Shown: piece by piece, positions 9,796-18,927 of the stretch
How the letters are laid out: each line of letters begins with the position of its first letter
How positions within the stretch are numbered: the stretch's first letter is position 1
Assembly: GCA_965218425.1 (NCBI GenBank)
Contig: OZ244621.1
Coordinates: 1,952,001 to 2,016,000, forward strand
Source of the DNA: an uncultured Candidatus Binatia bacterium
GTDB lineage: Bacteria > Desulfobacterota > Binatia > UBA9968 > CAXXLF01
DNA: 64,000 nucleotides
Direction of reading: 5' to 3'
Made by a program: the position numbers and the translations under genes
Notes under the pieces: generated by a model
Databases searched by the model: none
The model's input: only the letters and a program-made list of their open reading frames with translations
What the model was told of the DNA's origin: nothing

Positions 9796-11460
9796 TCATT
9801 TCTCCAACGAGGACTTTTTGTACTCGGTCCTCATCTCTGACGAGAGGCGGCCAAGGCGATAAGTCTTCCAGTCGATAAACTTTGCATAGGTTGCCAGGGT
9901 AGGATGGATCTCTCCTATCTTGCGCCACATCTCTTGAGTGATGAATCTGTAGTCTGGATGGCCCTGTGGCATGGTACGAAGCTCGCCGATGTGCACCGCT
10001 TCTCGCAGATTCATCTTCATATACCACCGGATCTTGTATGCGAAAGGGACCACATACTGCGCCTCGTAGGGGAGGATTCGAAAAATGTCTTCATAGAGTC
10101 TTGAGGCCTTTTCCATACAGCGGTCAAATTGGGGTTTGAATCCGGCCTCTTCGATCTCCGCAGGGGTGTCATATCCGTGAACGGTAGTATAGTCCTGTCT
10201 CTCCTGAGTGAGTATTCGGTGCCGCTGCAGGTCCCGATAGAGTCCAAGGTTTCCTAAGACATCGAAAGTATAATAAACCTGTTCCAAGGCCCGTCCCGGA
10301 CGGTCCCGTCGGTGGCCCCGTCGCTTTAAATACTCGTCCAAGATTTTTTTTCGCTCATTTTCTGGCATCCGTTCCACCAAGGCTCGTAACTGGTGGAGAG
10401 GGTGTCGGGAATGTGGGTAGAGGATAGCAGAGATGACCCTTTCCTCTGCTTCCCGATCGTAGTCCACCAACAGGACAGGATCGCTCCGACTCACCGGCGA
10501 GTCCATAGTCACCTGCTCAGCCACGGTCCGTGTTGCAGCGTTGGTTTCGGCAACATATTGGTTGAACCTGGCCCGCTTCACAAATGATGGAATGAGCTCG
10601 TTGAGCGCACCATGGGTGCTGGCCGCTAATTCCCTGAGTTCGGTTAACTCACGGGAGTATAGCTTGGTGATCATGTACTCAAAGGCCTGGCCGTTTCCGA
10701 AGAAGCCAGCGTTGGTTAGCGTTGCTGCGGGCAGGTAGGAACGCAGGATGTCGCAGGCCTGGGCCCTGACCGTGGAGCGATAAGCGGTCTCGGCCCACTT
10801 CTTGAGCTTCTCGTCTTTCTGAGCGTCCTTATACGACAGGGTCCCGCCCCCTTGGGGGTTTCTCAACTCCACCTCCTCAATGGGCAGCGACCTCTTGACG
10901 AACTCAATCATAGGATCGATTTGACTGGAGTATGTTTCAAAAAGAAGCTTCATTAACTCCATATAGGCCTGGCCGTGGGATGAGGCCATAATCTTGGGCT
11001 CACGGTAAAAGGGGTATTCACCCCTTACGTCCTTCTGGTCGAAGCGGACGTAGCGGGTTGACTTCTCCAGCGGAGCAATACCGATGCGCGCGTCTTCAAG
11101 AAACTTCACGGCCACGTTGGAAATGGCCTCACAGGCAATGTGGGCACCGCCAAGCTGCGCCACGGAGTCATCTCCATAGCCCACGAGGACCCTCTCATAA
11201 AAAGCCCTGGCCTTCTTAAGGGCCGCGCTTTGGTCACCGCCGGACCACCGCCCTCCCAAGAGGTCTTTCAGGGCGAGCTCCGGGTCACCGAGGAATTCAT
11301 CTAAAAAAGTGCGCCTGAGACTTTTTGTGGAACGACTGTAGCGGGAGAAAAGGGCCCCGGCAATTTCTTGGGGGAGCTTGAGTCCAAAGACCGGTTCAGT
11401 GATGTTGGTAAAAAAGGGAGCGAGACTTTTTTGCTCAGTTTCGGTGAACGTTTCGTTCAT
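9796..11460 (-). CDS. thyX: FAD-dependent thymidylate synthase, tandem two-domain type
   Basis: ALFSRYSRS, GYGDDSVAQL, LEKSTRYV, DILRSYLPAATLTN, RDLQRHR, ELRT.PQGHPDYR. Confidence 0.88.
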   Translation of the reverse strand: MNETFTETEQKSLAPFFTNITEPVFGLKLPQEIAGALFSRYSRSTKSLRRTFLDEFLGDPELALKDLLGGRWSGGDQSAALKKARAFYERVLVGYGDDSVAQLGGAHIACEAISNVAVKFLEDARIGIAPLEKSTRYVRFDQKDVRGEYPFYREPKIMASSHGQAYMELMKLLFETYSSQIDPMIEFVKRSLPIEEVELRNPQGGGTLSYKDAQKDEKLKKWAETAYRSTVRAQACDILRSYLPAATLTNAGFFGNGQAFEYMITKLYSRELTELRELAASTHGALNELIPSFVKRARFNQYVAETNAATRTVAEQVTMDSPVSRSDPVLLVDYDREAEERVISAILYPHSRHPLHQLRALVERMPENERKKILDEYLKRRGHRRDRPGRALEQVYYTFDVLGNLGLYRDLQRHRILTQERQDYTTVHGYDTPAEIEEAGFKPQFDRCMEKASRLYEDIFRILPYEAQYVVPFAYKIRWYMKMNLREAVHIGELRTMPQGHPDYRFITQEMWRKIGEIHPTLATYAKFIDWKTYRLGRLSSEMRTEYKKSSLEK

Positions 11461-12226
11461 GCTTCTAACCCGGATCCGACATTAATCGGTTGAGGGTATT
11501 ATTCATACGGAGCACCGGCCATACCGAAAAGTAGTTTGGACCAGGTCGTGTGAAACCGACGATCAGTGAAGTTACAGATCAACCTTCCATACGGCGAAAG
11601 CTTTTGCAACATGCGGTCCACGGTCGCTCATATCATGGCTTTTTTGTCGAACAGAGGCTAATCCGGGAGAGAAAATGCCAATCTCATGGTGAAACGAAAA
11701 CGGGCCCCCTTGTCGGAAAGAGAGCCCGTTCGTGGCGCTAAAGCGTCAAAATAATTTTACCAGTGATTTGGCATTGATTGCCGCCGGTTGGCAGGATTTG
11801 CAACACTTCCGTTCATGCCGCGGCCGCCTTAAACCATCAGGTCCGTTAAGGCCTTCCTTTGAAATGCTCGCCGCAGCGAACCCGTACCTTCAGGCACTGG
11901 AGTTGAGGCTTAGCGGAGGCAGCTCGTAGCCGGGCTCGTGTTGCCCGCAGCCAGCGGGCGATAACAGCCTGGTGGAGTCAATCCTTCCATCGCCAGTACC
12001 TCCTGTCTCCTAAAACGGGATGTTCGGAAGTTCTGACCGAACTCCCCACGCCTATGGGAGACTCAAGGCGTAATTCTCCCTTACACTGCGGAAATTAAGT
12101 TGTCAATATTAAATTGGTCATCCGTGGCACGGGCCGGTGCGAGATGTCTTTTTAAACCTTATCTCCTCGTAGGAAGCCTTGATCACTGACGCACTAGCGG
12201 GCTCGGGAGCCTGCCCCCCAGCGGGA

Positions 12227-12412
12227 TCATGTGTTGGAGTTCAGTTGCGGATTGTTTTTTACTGCAAAACGATCCAGGCAGTTGAGCAAGCCGCGGTATG
12301 CCCCGAGATAGCGGTTGATGGTCCTGAGATTGGTGAGGGTCTCCTCCAATAGGGAATCGGCATTCCCTGGGAGATCCATCATCTCTTTATCCAGGCTGCG
12401 TTGCATTGCCAT
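12227..12412 (-). pseudogene. Truncated SAM-dependent methyltransferase (N-terminus only)
   Basis: MQRSLDKEMMD...LEETLTNLRTINRYLG is the N-terminus of the methyltransferases found beside FabF/type III PKS genes. It stops before the SAM-binding motif and overlaps the fabF stop codon. Confidence 0.65.
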
Positions 12413-13682
12413 TTCCCCTACCCACCACCAGCGCGGAGTTTTTGGAGCCAAAGCCGATGCAGTTGCACAGCGCGACCTCCACTTCTTTAGCCACGCCGTG
12501 GTTGGGGAGGTAGTCTAGGTCGCACTCAGGGTCGGGTTCCTCGTAATTTATGGTCGGGGGAAGGTAACCATCGTTCATCGCGAGGATGGCCGCTGACACT
12601 CCCGCCGCACCTGAAGCACCCTGGGGGTGCCCCACCATGGACTTGATGGAACTCATGGGAATGTCATAGGCCCGGCGATTGAAACAGAGACGGGCGGCTC
12701 GGGTCTCGGTCTTGTCGTTCAACACAGTGGATGTTCCGTGCAGGGCTATATATCCCACCTCATCCTTGGCCAGGCCCGCATCTTGAATGGCCAGGGTCAT
12801 GGCCCGCGAGGGCTCCTCGCCGTTAGGATCCAGTCGCACGGCATGATAGGCATCGCAGGTGGACTGGTAGCCCAAAACCTCCGCTAGGACAGATGCGCCG
12901 CGCTCCAACGCCCGGTCCCTCTCCTCGAGGATCAAGATCCAGGCCCCCTCGCCAAGAACAAAACCATCGCGGCGCCGGTCAAAGGGACGGGAAGCCTGTT
13001 TGGGATCGTCGTTGTGTGATACGGACACCGCGCGCATGATGACAAATCCGTTCATGATGGCCGGGGTGATGGTAGCGTCTACACCGCCGGTGACCAGTCG
13101 GTCGGCCGTCCCGAAACGGATGAGATTGAATGCGTAACCCATGGCATCCGTGGAACTGGTGCACCCGGTGGAGATGACATGACTGGGTCCTTTGAGATCG
13201 AAATGAAGGGAGATCTCGCTCGATAGGGAACCCAAAGTTGAGCTAGAGACGTTATAGGCGCTGGTTTTGCGAAGTTGGTCGGAGAAAAAGAGTCGATACT
13301 GTTCCTCGGTGAAGTCCGGCGCACCTCCCCCGCTGCCGAGCAGCACACCCCAGGACCGCCTTTCATCCAGTGTCATGCAATCCGGCTCCACCCCCGCCGA
13401 CTGGAGTGCTTCGGTTGCGGCTGCGATCGCTAGCGGGACGGATCGGCCCACCCGCCTCAAATCCTTGGTGGAGAGATAGGCTTCAGGGTGGAAATCCTTC
13501 ACCTCCCCGGCAATCTGGCATGCAAGAGCCGAGGGGTCGAAGAGACTGATCTGGTCCACACCGCTTACTCCGTGTTTAGTGGCCCGCCAAAAGGCCTTGG
13601 TCCCACTACCGTTGGGGCTCAGTACGCCTATGCCGGTAACCACAACCCTGCGGCGTGAAACCTGTCCATTATTCGAATTCAC
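12387..13682 (-). CDS. fabF: Beta-ketoacyl-ACP synthase II family protein
   Basis: RRVVVTGIG, STGCTSS (catalytic Cys), ASRPFDRRRDGFVLGEGA, ALHGTST, SIKSMVGH, GFGSKN. Confidence 0.88.
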   Translation of the reverse strand: MNSNNGQVSRRRVVVTGIGVLSPNGSGTKAFWRATKHGVSGVDQISLFDPSALACQIAGEVKDFHPEAYLSTKDLRRVGRSVPLAIAAATEALQSAGVEPDCMTLDERRSWGVLLGSGGGAPDFTEEQYRLFFSDQLRKTSAYNVSSSTLGSLSSEISLHFDLKGPSHVISTGCTSSTDAMGYAFNLIRFGTADRLVTGGVDATITPAIMNGFVIMRAVSVSHNDDPKQASRPFDRRRDGFVLGEGAWILILEERDRALERGASVLAEVLGYQSTCDAYHAVRLDPNGEEPSRAMTLAIQDAGLAKDEVGYIALHGTSTVLNDKTETRAARLCFNRRAYDIPMSSIKSMVGHPQGASGAAGVSAAILAMNDGYLPPTINYEEPDPECDLDYLPNHGVAKEVEVALCNCIGFGSKNSALVVGRGNGNATQPG

Positions 13683-13744
13683 CTTGAACCTTATTTAGCT
13701 TTTTACCGATAGAATGTTCAACAGAACCATTTCAACTAAGATTT

Positions 13745-14060
13745 TCGCGCCAAGACGCCACCGAATTGCAATCCGAAATCCCAAGCTCGAAATCCCAAAC
13801 AAACGGAAGTACTCAAATTTAAATATCGAAACTCAAAACGAGGTCAATTAAAAGTTTATGATTTTGATAATTTGGATTTGTTTCGTATTGCGGATTTCGA
13901 GTTTCGAATTTGTTATGCTTGGCGTCCTTTACCCTTCGACAAGCTCAAGGCCCCGAGCCCAGTCGAGGGACGTCTCTGCGGTGGTGCATGGTTGTTCTGC
14001 GATAATCTACGTGATTCTGCGGTTAATAGCTCCTAACGCTTTGCGCCATGCGCTTCGCGC
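13745..14060. repeat. Mosaic intergenic element of nested imperfect inverted repeats and REP-like hairpins
   Basis: Heptamer-like AAATCCG/CGAAATC arm (13770-13840) mirrored by a GGATTTCG/GTTTCG arm (13855-13912); CCCTTCGAC...GTCGAGGG hairpin at 13932-13969; TCTGCGATAATC...TCTGCGGTTAAT module at 13996-14027. Confidence 0.65.
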
Positions 14061-14184
14061 ATTTTCTTTGACTATTTTGGGTAGCTTTTTTAGTCAAACC
14101 GCGAAACTGGTAAGTCTACTAGTTTTTAGTGAAGGGATTTGAGGCTATAATTTCCCCCAAAGGCGTAGTTTGGACGGTAACATC

Positions 14185-15135
14185 ATGGTTTCGAAGCCTC
14201 GCATAGGTATCAGTAGCTGTCTCCTGGGAAATAAGGTGCGCCACGATGGCGGGCACAAGCATGAACCCTATATCACTCAAACTCTTGGTCGGCACGTGGA
14301 GTGGGTCCCGGTCTGTCCCGAGTTGGAGGTGGGCATGGGCGTCCCACGAGAGACGGTCCGTTTAGTGGGTAGTCCGGCCAATCCGAGGATGATCGCTGAC
14401 AAGTCAGACAAGGACTGGACACTGGAAATGCAAAGTTATGCACAGGAGCGGGTCCGAAGGCTCGAGGGGATGAACCTCTCCGGATATATTCTCAAGAAGA
14501 ACTCCCCTAGTTGCGGCATGGAACGGGTCCGGATTTATGGATCGAAAGGAACGCCCAACCGACAGGGACGCGGGCTTTTTGCCCAGACCCTCATGACAAA
14601 ACTCCCCCTATTACCCGTGGAAGAGGAGGGCCGCCTCTGTGATCCGGGGCTTAGGGAAAACTTTATCGAAAGGGTCTTTGGCTATTACCGGTGGCATAGC
14701 TTCGTCTCTAACGGCAGGTCCATTAAAAGACTGGTGGATTTTCACAGCCGGGAAAAGCTCTTTATTTTCGCCCACAGTGAAATCCACATGCGCCAGCTCG
14801 GCAAAATCGTGGCACAGGCTAAGAAAATGAGTTTCGGCGCTGTAGTGGAAGAGTACGGGCGCCTCTTCATGGAGACCCTGGGTCATCGGGCCACGGCGCG
14901 TAAGAATACCAATGTCCTGAGGCATGTGATGGGTTGCTTCTCAAAGCAGCTTTCTTCAGACGAGCGGAAAGAGCTCCTGAGCGTCATTGGGGATTACCAT
15001 GGAAGCCTGGTTCCTCTGGTGGTCCCAGTGACCCTCATTCGCCATTACGTGGATAAGTATGATGTCAGCTACCTTCGAGATCAGACCTATATGCAGTCTC
15101 ATGCAAAGGAACTGATACTTCGCAACCATGCTTGA
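14185..15135 (+). CDS. DUF523/DUF1722 (YbgA-family) protein
   Basis: IGISSCLLGNKVRHDGGHK, VCPELEVGMGVPRE, KKNSPSCG, LPVEEEGRL, ENFIERVF, YLRDQTY...ELILRNH. Confidence 0.92.
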   Translation: MVSKPRIGISSCLLGNKVRHDGGHKHEPYITQTLGRHVEWVPVCPELEVGMGVPRETVRLVGSPANPRMIADKSDKDWTLEMQSYAQERVRRLEGMNLSGYILKKNSPSCGMERVRIYGSKGTPNRQGRGLFAQTLMTKLPLLPVEEEGRLCDPGLRENFIERVFGYYRWHSFVSNGRSIKRLVDFHSREKLFIFAHSEIHMRQLGKIVAQAKKMSFGAVVEEYGRLFMETLGHRATARKNTNVLRHVMGCFSKQLSSDERKELLSVIGDYHGSLVPLVVPVTLIRHYVDKYDVSYLRDQTYMQSHAKELILRNHA

Positions 15136-15155
15136 GTTTTGGCGGCTGAAAGTAT

Positions 15156-17102
15156 CTAACGGCGCCTGGTCTGCAGTGGACGGTCAATGCCGGATTCGAG
15201 GTCCTTGGATGATGCCTTTTTTCTTCTTTGCTCTTGCGTCATCTGGATGGCGGTTTGTGCAATGGATTCGGTATCGATGCCGCAAATTTTTCTCAGTTCA
15301 GGTTGCGTGCCGTGGACGATAAATTGATCCGGGAGCCCAAGGCATTTCACCTTGAGACCGGTGATACCTTCTACGGCTAGAAGTTCCAGCACGGAACTGC
15401 CAAAACCGCCCTGCAGCACGTGGTCCTCCACCGTGATTATCATCGGCACCCGCTGGGCCAGGTCCAGGAGTAATTCCTTGTCCAGGGGTTTGACGAAACG
15501 AGCGTTGACTACTGCTGCATCAATTCCCAGTTTGGAAAGGTCGTTGGCCGCGTTCAATGCGGGGATCACCGTGTTGCCGATCCCCACAATCCCAAGGTCC
15601 TTCCCTGGGCGCAACAGCTCTCCCTTGCCAATTTCCAAGGCACGCATCTCACCGTCCGTCTCGACTCCCCATCCTTCCCCTCGGGGGTAGCGTAGAGCTA
15701 TGGGTCCATTGTGGTAGACAGCCGTAGCAAGCATATGCTGTAACTCGTTCTCGTTCTTTGGTGCCATGACCACCATATTAGGTATGGATCGCATGTAGGA
15801 GAAATCAAAGGCCCCGTGATGAGTAGGCCCATCGGTTCCCACCAGACCTCCTCGATCCAAGGCAAAAACTACGTGGAGGTTCTGGAGGCAAACGTCATGC
15901 AGGATCTGGTCATAGGCTCTTTGCATAAAGGTGGAATAGATTGCCACCACGGGAACAAGTCCCTCAGCAGCCATGCCTGCTGCAAAGGTCACCGCGTGTT
16001 GCTCGGCCAGTCCCACATCGTAGACTCGGTCGGGTATTTCCTTGGACATCTTATCCAAACCGGTTCCACTCCCCATGGCCGCGGTAATTCCGATGACCTT
16101 TGGGTTTTGTTTGGCCAGCTCGATCAAGGAACGACCGAAAACCTCAGTGTAGGTGGATACCGGGCTTTTCGCCTTCTTTGGCTTGCCCGTGAGCATGTAG
16201 AATGGCGTGACGCTATGGTATCGGATGGGATCCTTCTCTGCGGGTTCATATCCTTTGCCCTTCTGGGTAAGCACGTGAACCAGGGTGGGGCGCTTCAGCT
16301 TCTTTACGTTGTCGAAGGTCTGAACCAATTCCCCGATGCTATGACCGTCGATTGGCCCAACGTACTGAAAGCCCAAGGCCTCGAATAAAATTCCAGGGGT
16401 CACGAGTCCTATAAAGGATTCCTTGATCTTCTTGGCTACGTGGTAAATGTCTCCACTCCTGGGGAGGATCCGAACAATTGAGGTGAGGTGTTTTTCGATC
16501 CTGACCGCGAGATCCGTGGTGAGTTGCTTGCTGAGAAAGGATGATATGGCCCCTACACGCGGATCAATAAAGTGGGCGTTGTCATTGAGGACGACGATCA
16601 AGTCCTTGTCTGAATTTCCGGCCTGGTTCAGTCCTTCAAAGTTGAGGCCTGCGGTCAGGCCACCGTCACTGATCACGGCGACGACTTTGTGGTGGGAGTT
16701 TTCAAATGATTTTGCCTCCACCATGCCGAGGGCCGCGGAAACGGAGGTGCCGGCATGGCCAGCGCCAAAGACATCGTAGACGCTTTCCTCGCGACTCAGA
16801 AAACCGCTGATACCCCCCAGCTGGCGGATGGTGGAGAGCTTCTCACGGCGGCCACAGATGATCTTGTGGGCGTAAGCCTGGTGCCCCGTGTCCCAGATGA
16901 GTCTATCCTTGGGTGTCTCGAAGCTGTAATGGAGTGCCAGGGTGAGTTCCACGGCACCTAGGGTGGATGCAAAATGACCACCCACCTCGGAAACCACTGA
17001 AATGACTTCCTGGCGAAGCTCATCGGCAAGAACATCGAGCTCATCGAGTTTGAGACGCCGCACATCGACTGGATTGTTGATCTTATCTAGAAATTTGCTC
17101 AT
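15156..17102 (-). CDS. dxs: 1-deoxy-D-xylulose-5-phosphate synthase
   Basis: GGHFASTLGAVELT, IWDTGHQAYAHK, FGAGHAGTS, GPIDGH, AEQHAVTFAAG, YSTFMQRAYDQ, DGPTHHG. Confidence 0.97.
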   Translation of the reverse strand: MSKFLDKINNPVDVRRLKLDELDVLADELRQEVISVVSEVGGHFASTLGAVELTLALHYSFETPKDRLIWDTGHQAYAHKIICGRREKLSTIRQLGGISGFLSREESVYDVFGAGHAGTSVSAALGMVEAKSFENSHHKVVAVISDGGLTAGLNFEGLNQAGNSDKDLIVVLNDNAHFIDPRVGAISSFLSKQLTTDLAVRIEKHLTSIVRILPRSGDIYHVAKKIKESFIGLVTPGILFEALGFQYVGPIDGHSIGELVQTFDNVKKLKRPTLVHVLTQKGKGYEPAEKDPIRYHSVTPFYMLTGKPKKAKSPVSTYTEVFGRSLIELAKQNPKVIGITAAMGSGTGLDKMSKEIPDRVYDVGLAEQHAVTFAAGMAAEGLVPVVAIYSTFMQRAYDQILHDVCLQNLHVVFALDRGGLVGTDGPTHHGAFDFSYMRSIPNMVVMAPKNENELQHMLATAVYHNGPIALRYPRGEGWGVETDGEMRALEIGKGELLRPGKDLGIVGIGNTVIPALNAANDLSKLGIDAAVVNARFVKPLDKELLLDLAQRVPMIITVEDHVLQGGFGSSVLELLAVEGITGLKVKCLGLPDQFIVHGTQPELRKICGIDTESIAQTAIQMTQEQRRKKASSKDLESGIDRPLQTRRR

Positions 17103-17123
17103 GAAGTCATTGCCTCCTCTCTT

Positions 17124-17145
17124 TATTTGTTCAATATTTGTTCAA
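17124..17145 (-). promoter_or_regulatory. Tandem 11-bp direct repeat (TTGAACAAATA x2), candidate CarH/LitR operator upstream of dxs
   Basis: Perfect TATTTGTTCAA repeats at 17124-17134 and 17135-17145, with a TnnACA core on the minus strand; a divergent CarH-like gene lies next to it. Confidence 0.55.
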
Positions 17146-17356
17146 TGAGCAGCTGAAAATTTCTGCACCCTTCCCATGGTCACCCTGGACCATGGGTTTT
17201 GGACCCGCCCAGGGATAGAGCCTAGCACTTGAAGCATGCCTCACGCCACAGCGTAGAGTTTCCTCCCCCTGCGGACATTGGTTCGATCATCCCCAAAACT
17301 ACCTCCTTTTATAATATCAGATTTCCTATCTCTGAGTATACCTGTCGGGCCGAAAA

Positions 17357-17890
17357 ATGACACGGAAATTCAGCGGCATCCTAATTAAAGTCGTGGCCCA
17401 ACGGGCTGGAATTACCCTTGACGCCCTGAGAGCTTGGGAAAAGAGATACGGGGCAGTGGCCCCTGGTCGCTCCACAACCAATCGCCGCCTTTACTCAGAC
17501 GCCGATGTCGAAAGGTTAATTCTTCTTCGTAAGGCAACCATGGCGGGCCGCAGCATTGGCCGGGTAGCGCAGTTGTCTGCCGGGGAACTTGAGGCGCTCG
17601 TGACCGAGGATAAAGCGGCCATCGCTCTCAGCCGTACGGTCCTGATCGAACAGCTCATGGTTCCCTTAATGCACAAGGTTGGGGATTTTTGGGGTGTGGG
17701 TTCATTGAGGATTGCCCAGGAACACATGGCTTCGGCCATCGTGCGTAACGTCCTGGGAAATATGAACGGTACCTTTGAGACCCCCGGCGCCGCGCCGCAC
17801 CTTATAGTAACAACCCCATCGGGACAGAGGCATGAGTTCGGCGCTCTGATTGCGGTGACCACCGCTGCTGCGCTAAGTTGGAGGCATTGA
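17357..17890 (+). pseudogene. CarH/LitR-like MerR regulator with B12-binding domain, internally deleted and 3'-truncated
   Basis: MerR HTH (LRAWEKRYG...R.RLYSDADVERL), W-x9-EH cap motif (W...AQEHMAS), GQRHEFGAL cobalamin motif. It ends about 15 aa later, and the linker/cap region is short. Confidence 0.75.
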
Positions 17891-17996
17891 GATTCTAGTA
17901 CCCGGGGACACTTGCCATGTTACTTGCCGTGGGGAATCATTTCACGGTGGACCATACAGGAGTTAACATTTCGAGCCCTCGTCAGGAGGAGGAAAC

Positions 17997-18902
17997 ATGA
18001 AGAAGATTGCGATTACCGGAGCGACCGGTTTTATAGGATCGGCCCTGTGCGATCGGCTGACGGAGTTGGGCCATTCTCTGGTTTTGATTTCGAGCCGGCC
18101 CGCTCCAACGCAACTCCCGCCGAAAAGAGAGTGGGTCACATGGCAACCCGGCCAGCCGGGCCCATGGGAGCAGGCCGTTGACGGTGCAGATGCCGTAATC
18201 AATCTTGCCGGGGAGCCCATTCCGGCAAAGCGGTGGACCCGGGCCCAAAAGGAAAAGATTCGTTCCAGCCGGATCAACACCACTAGAGCGCTGGTGGTGG
18301 CCATGGGCAAGGCCAAGAAGAAACCCGGTCTCCTAATCAATTCATCCGCCATTGGTTTCTACGGACCCCGGGGCGATGAGTCCATCGACGAGGAAACCGA
18401 GCCCGGTAACGATTTCGTTTCCCTGGTCTGCGTTGAGTGGGAGGAGGAGGCTCAAAAGGCAGAGAGTGTAGGTGTCAGGGTGGTATGCCTCCGTACTGGC
18501 ATTGTCCTGGGGAAGGGGGGTGGAGCCCTCAAAAAGATGGCCCTGCCATTTAAACTATTCGCCGGTGGTCCCATAGGGAGTGGGAGCCAATGGGTATCCT
18601 GGATTCAATTGGAAGACGAGGTGGGACTGATTGTGCACCTGCTCCTAAAGGAAGACATCTCGGGAGCGGTCAATGCTACGGCCCCCGCTCCTGTGACCAT
18701 GAAAGTACTGTGTAAAACCCTCGGAAAGGTTTTGCACCGGCCCTCCTGGACGCCGGTTCCAGCCTTTGCCCTACGCGTGCTGATGGGGGAAATGGCAGAC
18801 GTTGTAGTTACCGGCCAGCGGGTGCTACCGGCAAAAGCCCAGCAGTTGGGATACACTTTTAAATACCCTGACCTCACCGAAGCCTTGCGGGCCTCTATTT
18901 AA
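17997..18902 (+). CDS. TIGR01777 family NAD(P)-dependent oxidoreductase/epimerase
   Basis: ITGATGFIG, INLAGEPI..KRW, SRINTT, LRTGIVL, GSGSQWVSWI, VNATAP, GQRVLP; RBS AGGAGG. Confidence 0.93.
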   Translation: MKKIAITGATGFIGSALCDRLTELGHSLVLISSRPAPTQLPPKREWVTWQPGQPGPWEQAVDGADAVINLAGEPIPAKRWTRAQKEKIRSSRINTTRALVVAMGKAKKKPGLLINSSAIGFYGPRGDESIDEETEPGNDFVSLVCVEWEEEAQKAESVGVRVVCLRTGIVLGKGGGALKKMALPFKLFAGGPIGSGSQWVSWIQLEDEVGLIVHLLLKEDISGAVNATAPAPVTMKVLCKTLGKVLHRPSWTPVPAFALRVLMGEMADVVVTGQRVLPAKAQQLGYTFKYPDLTEALRASI

Positions 18903-18927
18903 TATTCAGGTCCACGCCTTTGTTATA

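Noticed and set aside
17888..17890. TGA ending the CarH-like ORF as possible Sec read-through
   Set aside because: Not a Cys position in this family; homology continues in a different frame, consistent with decay.
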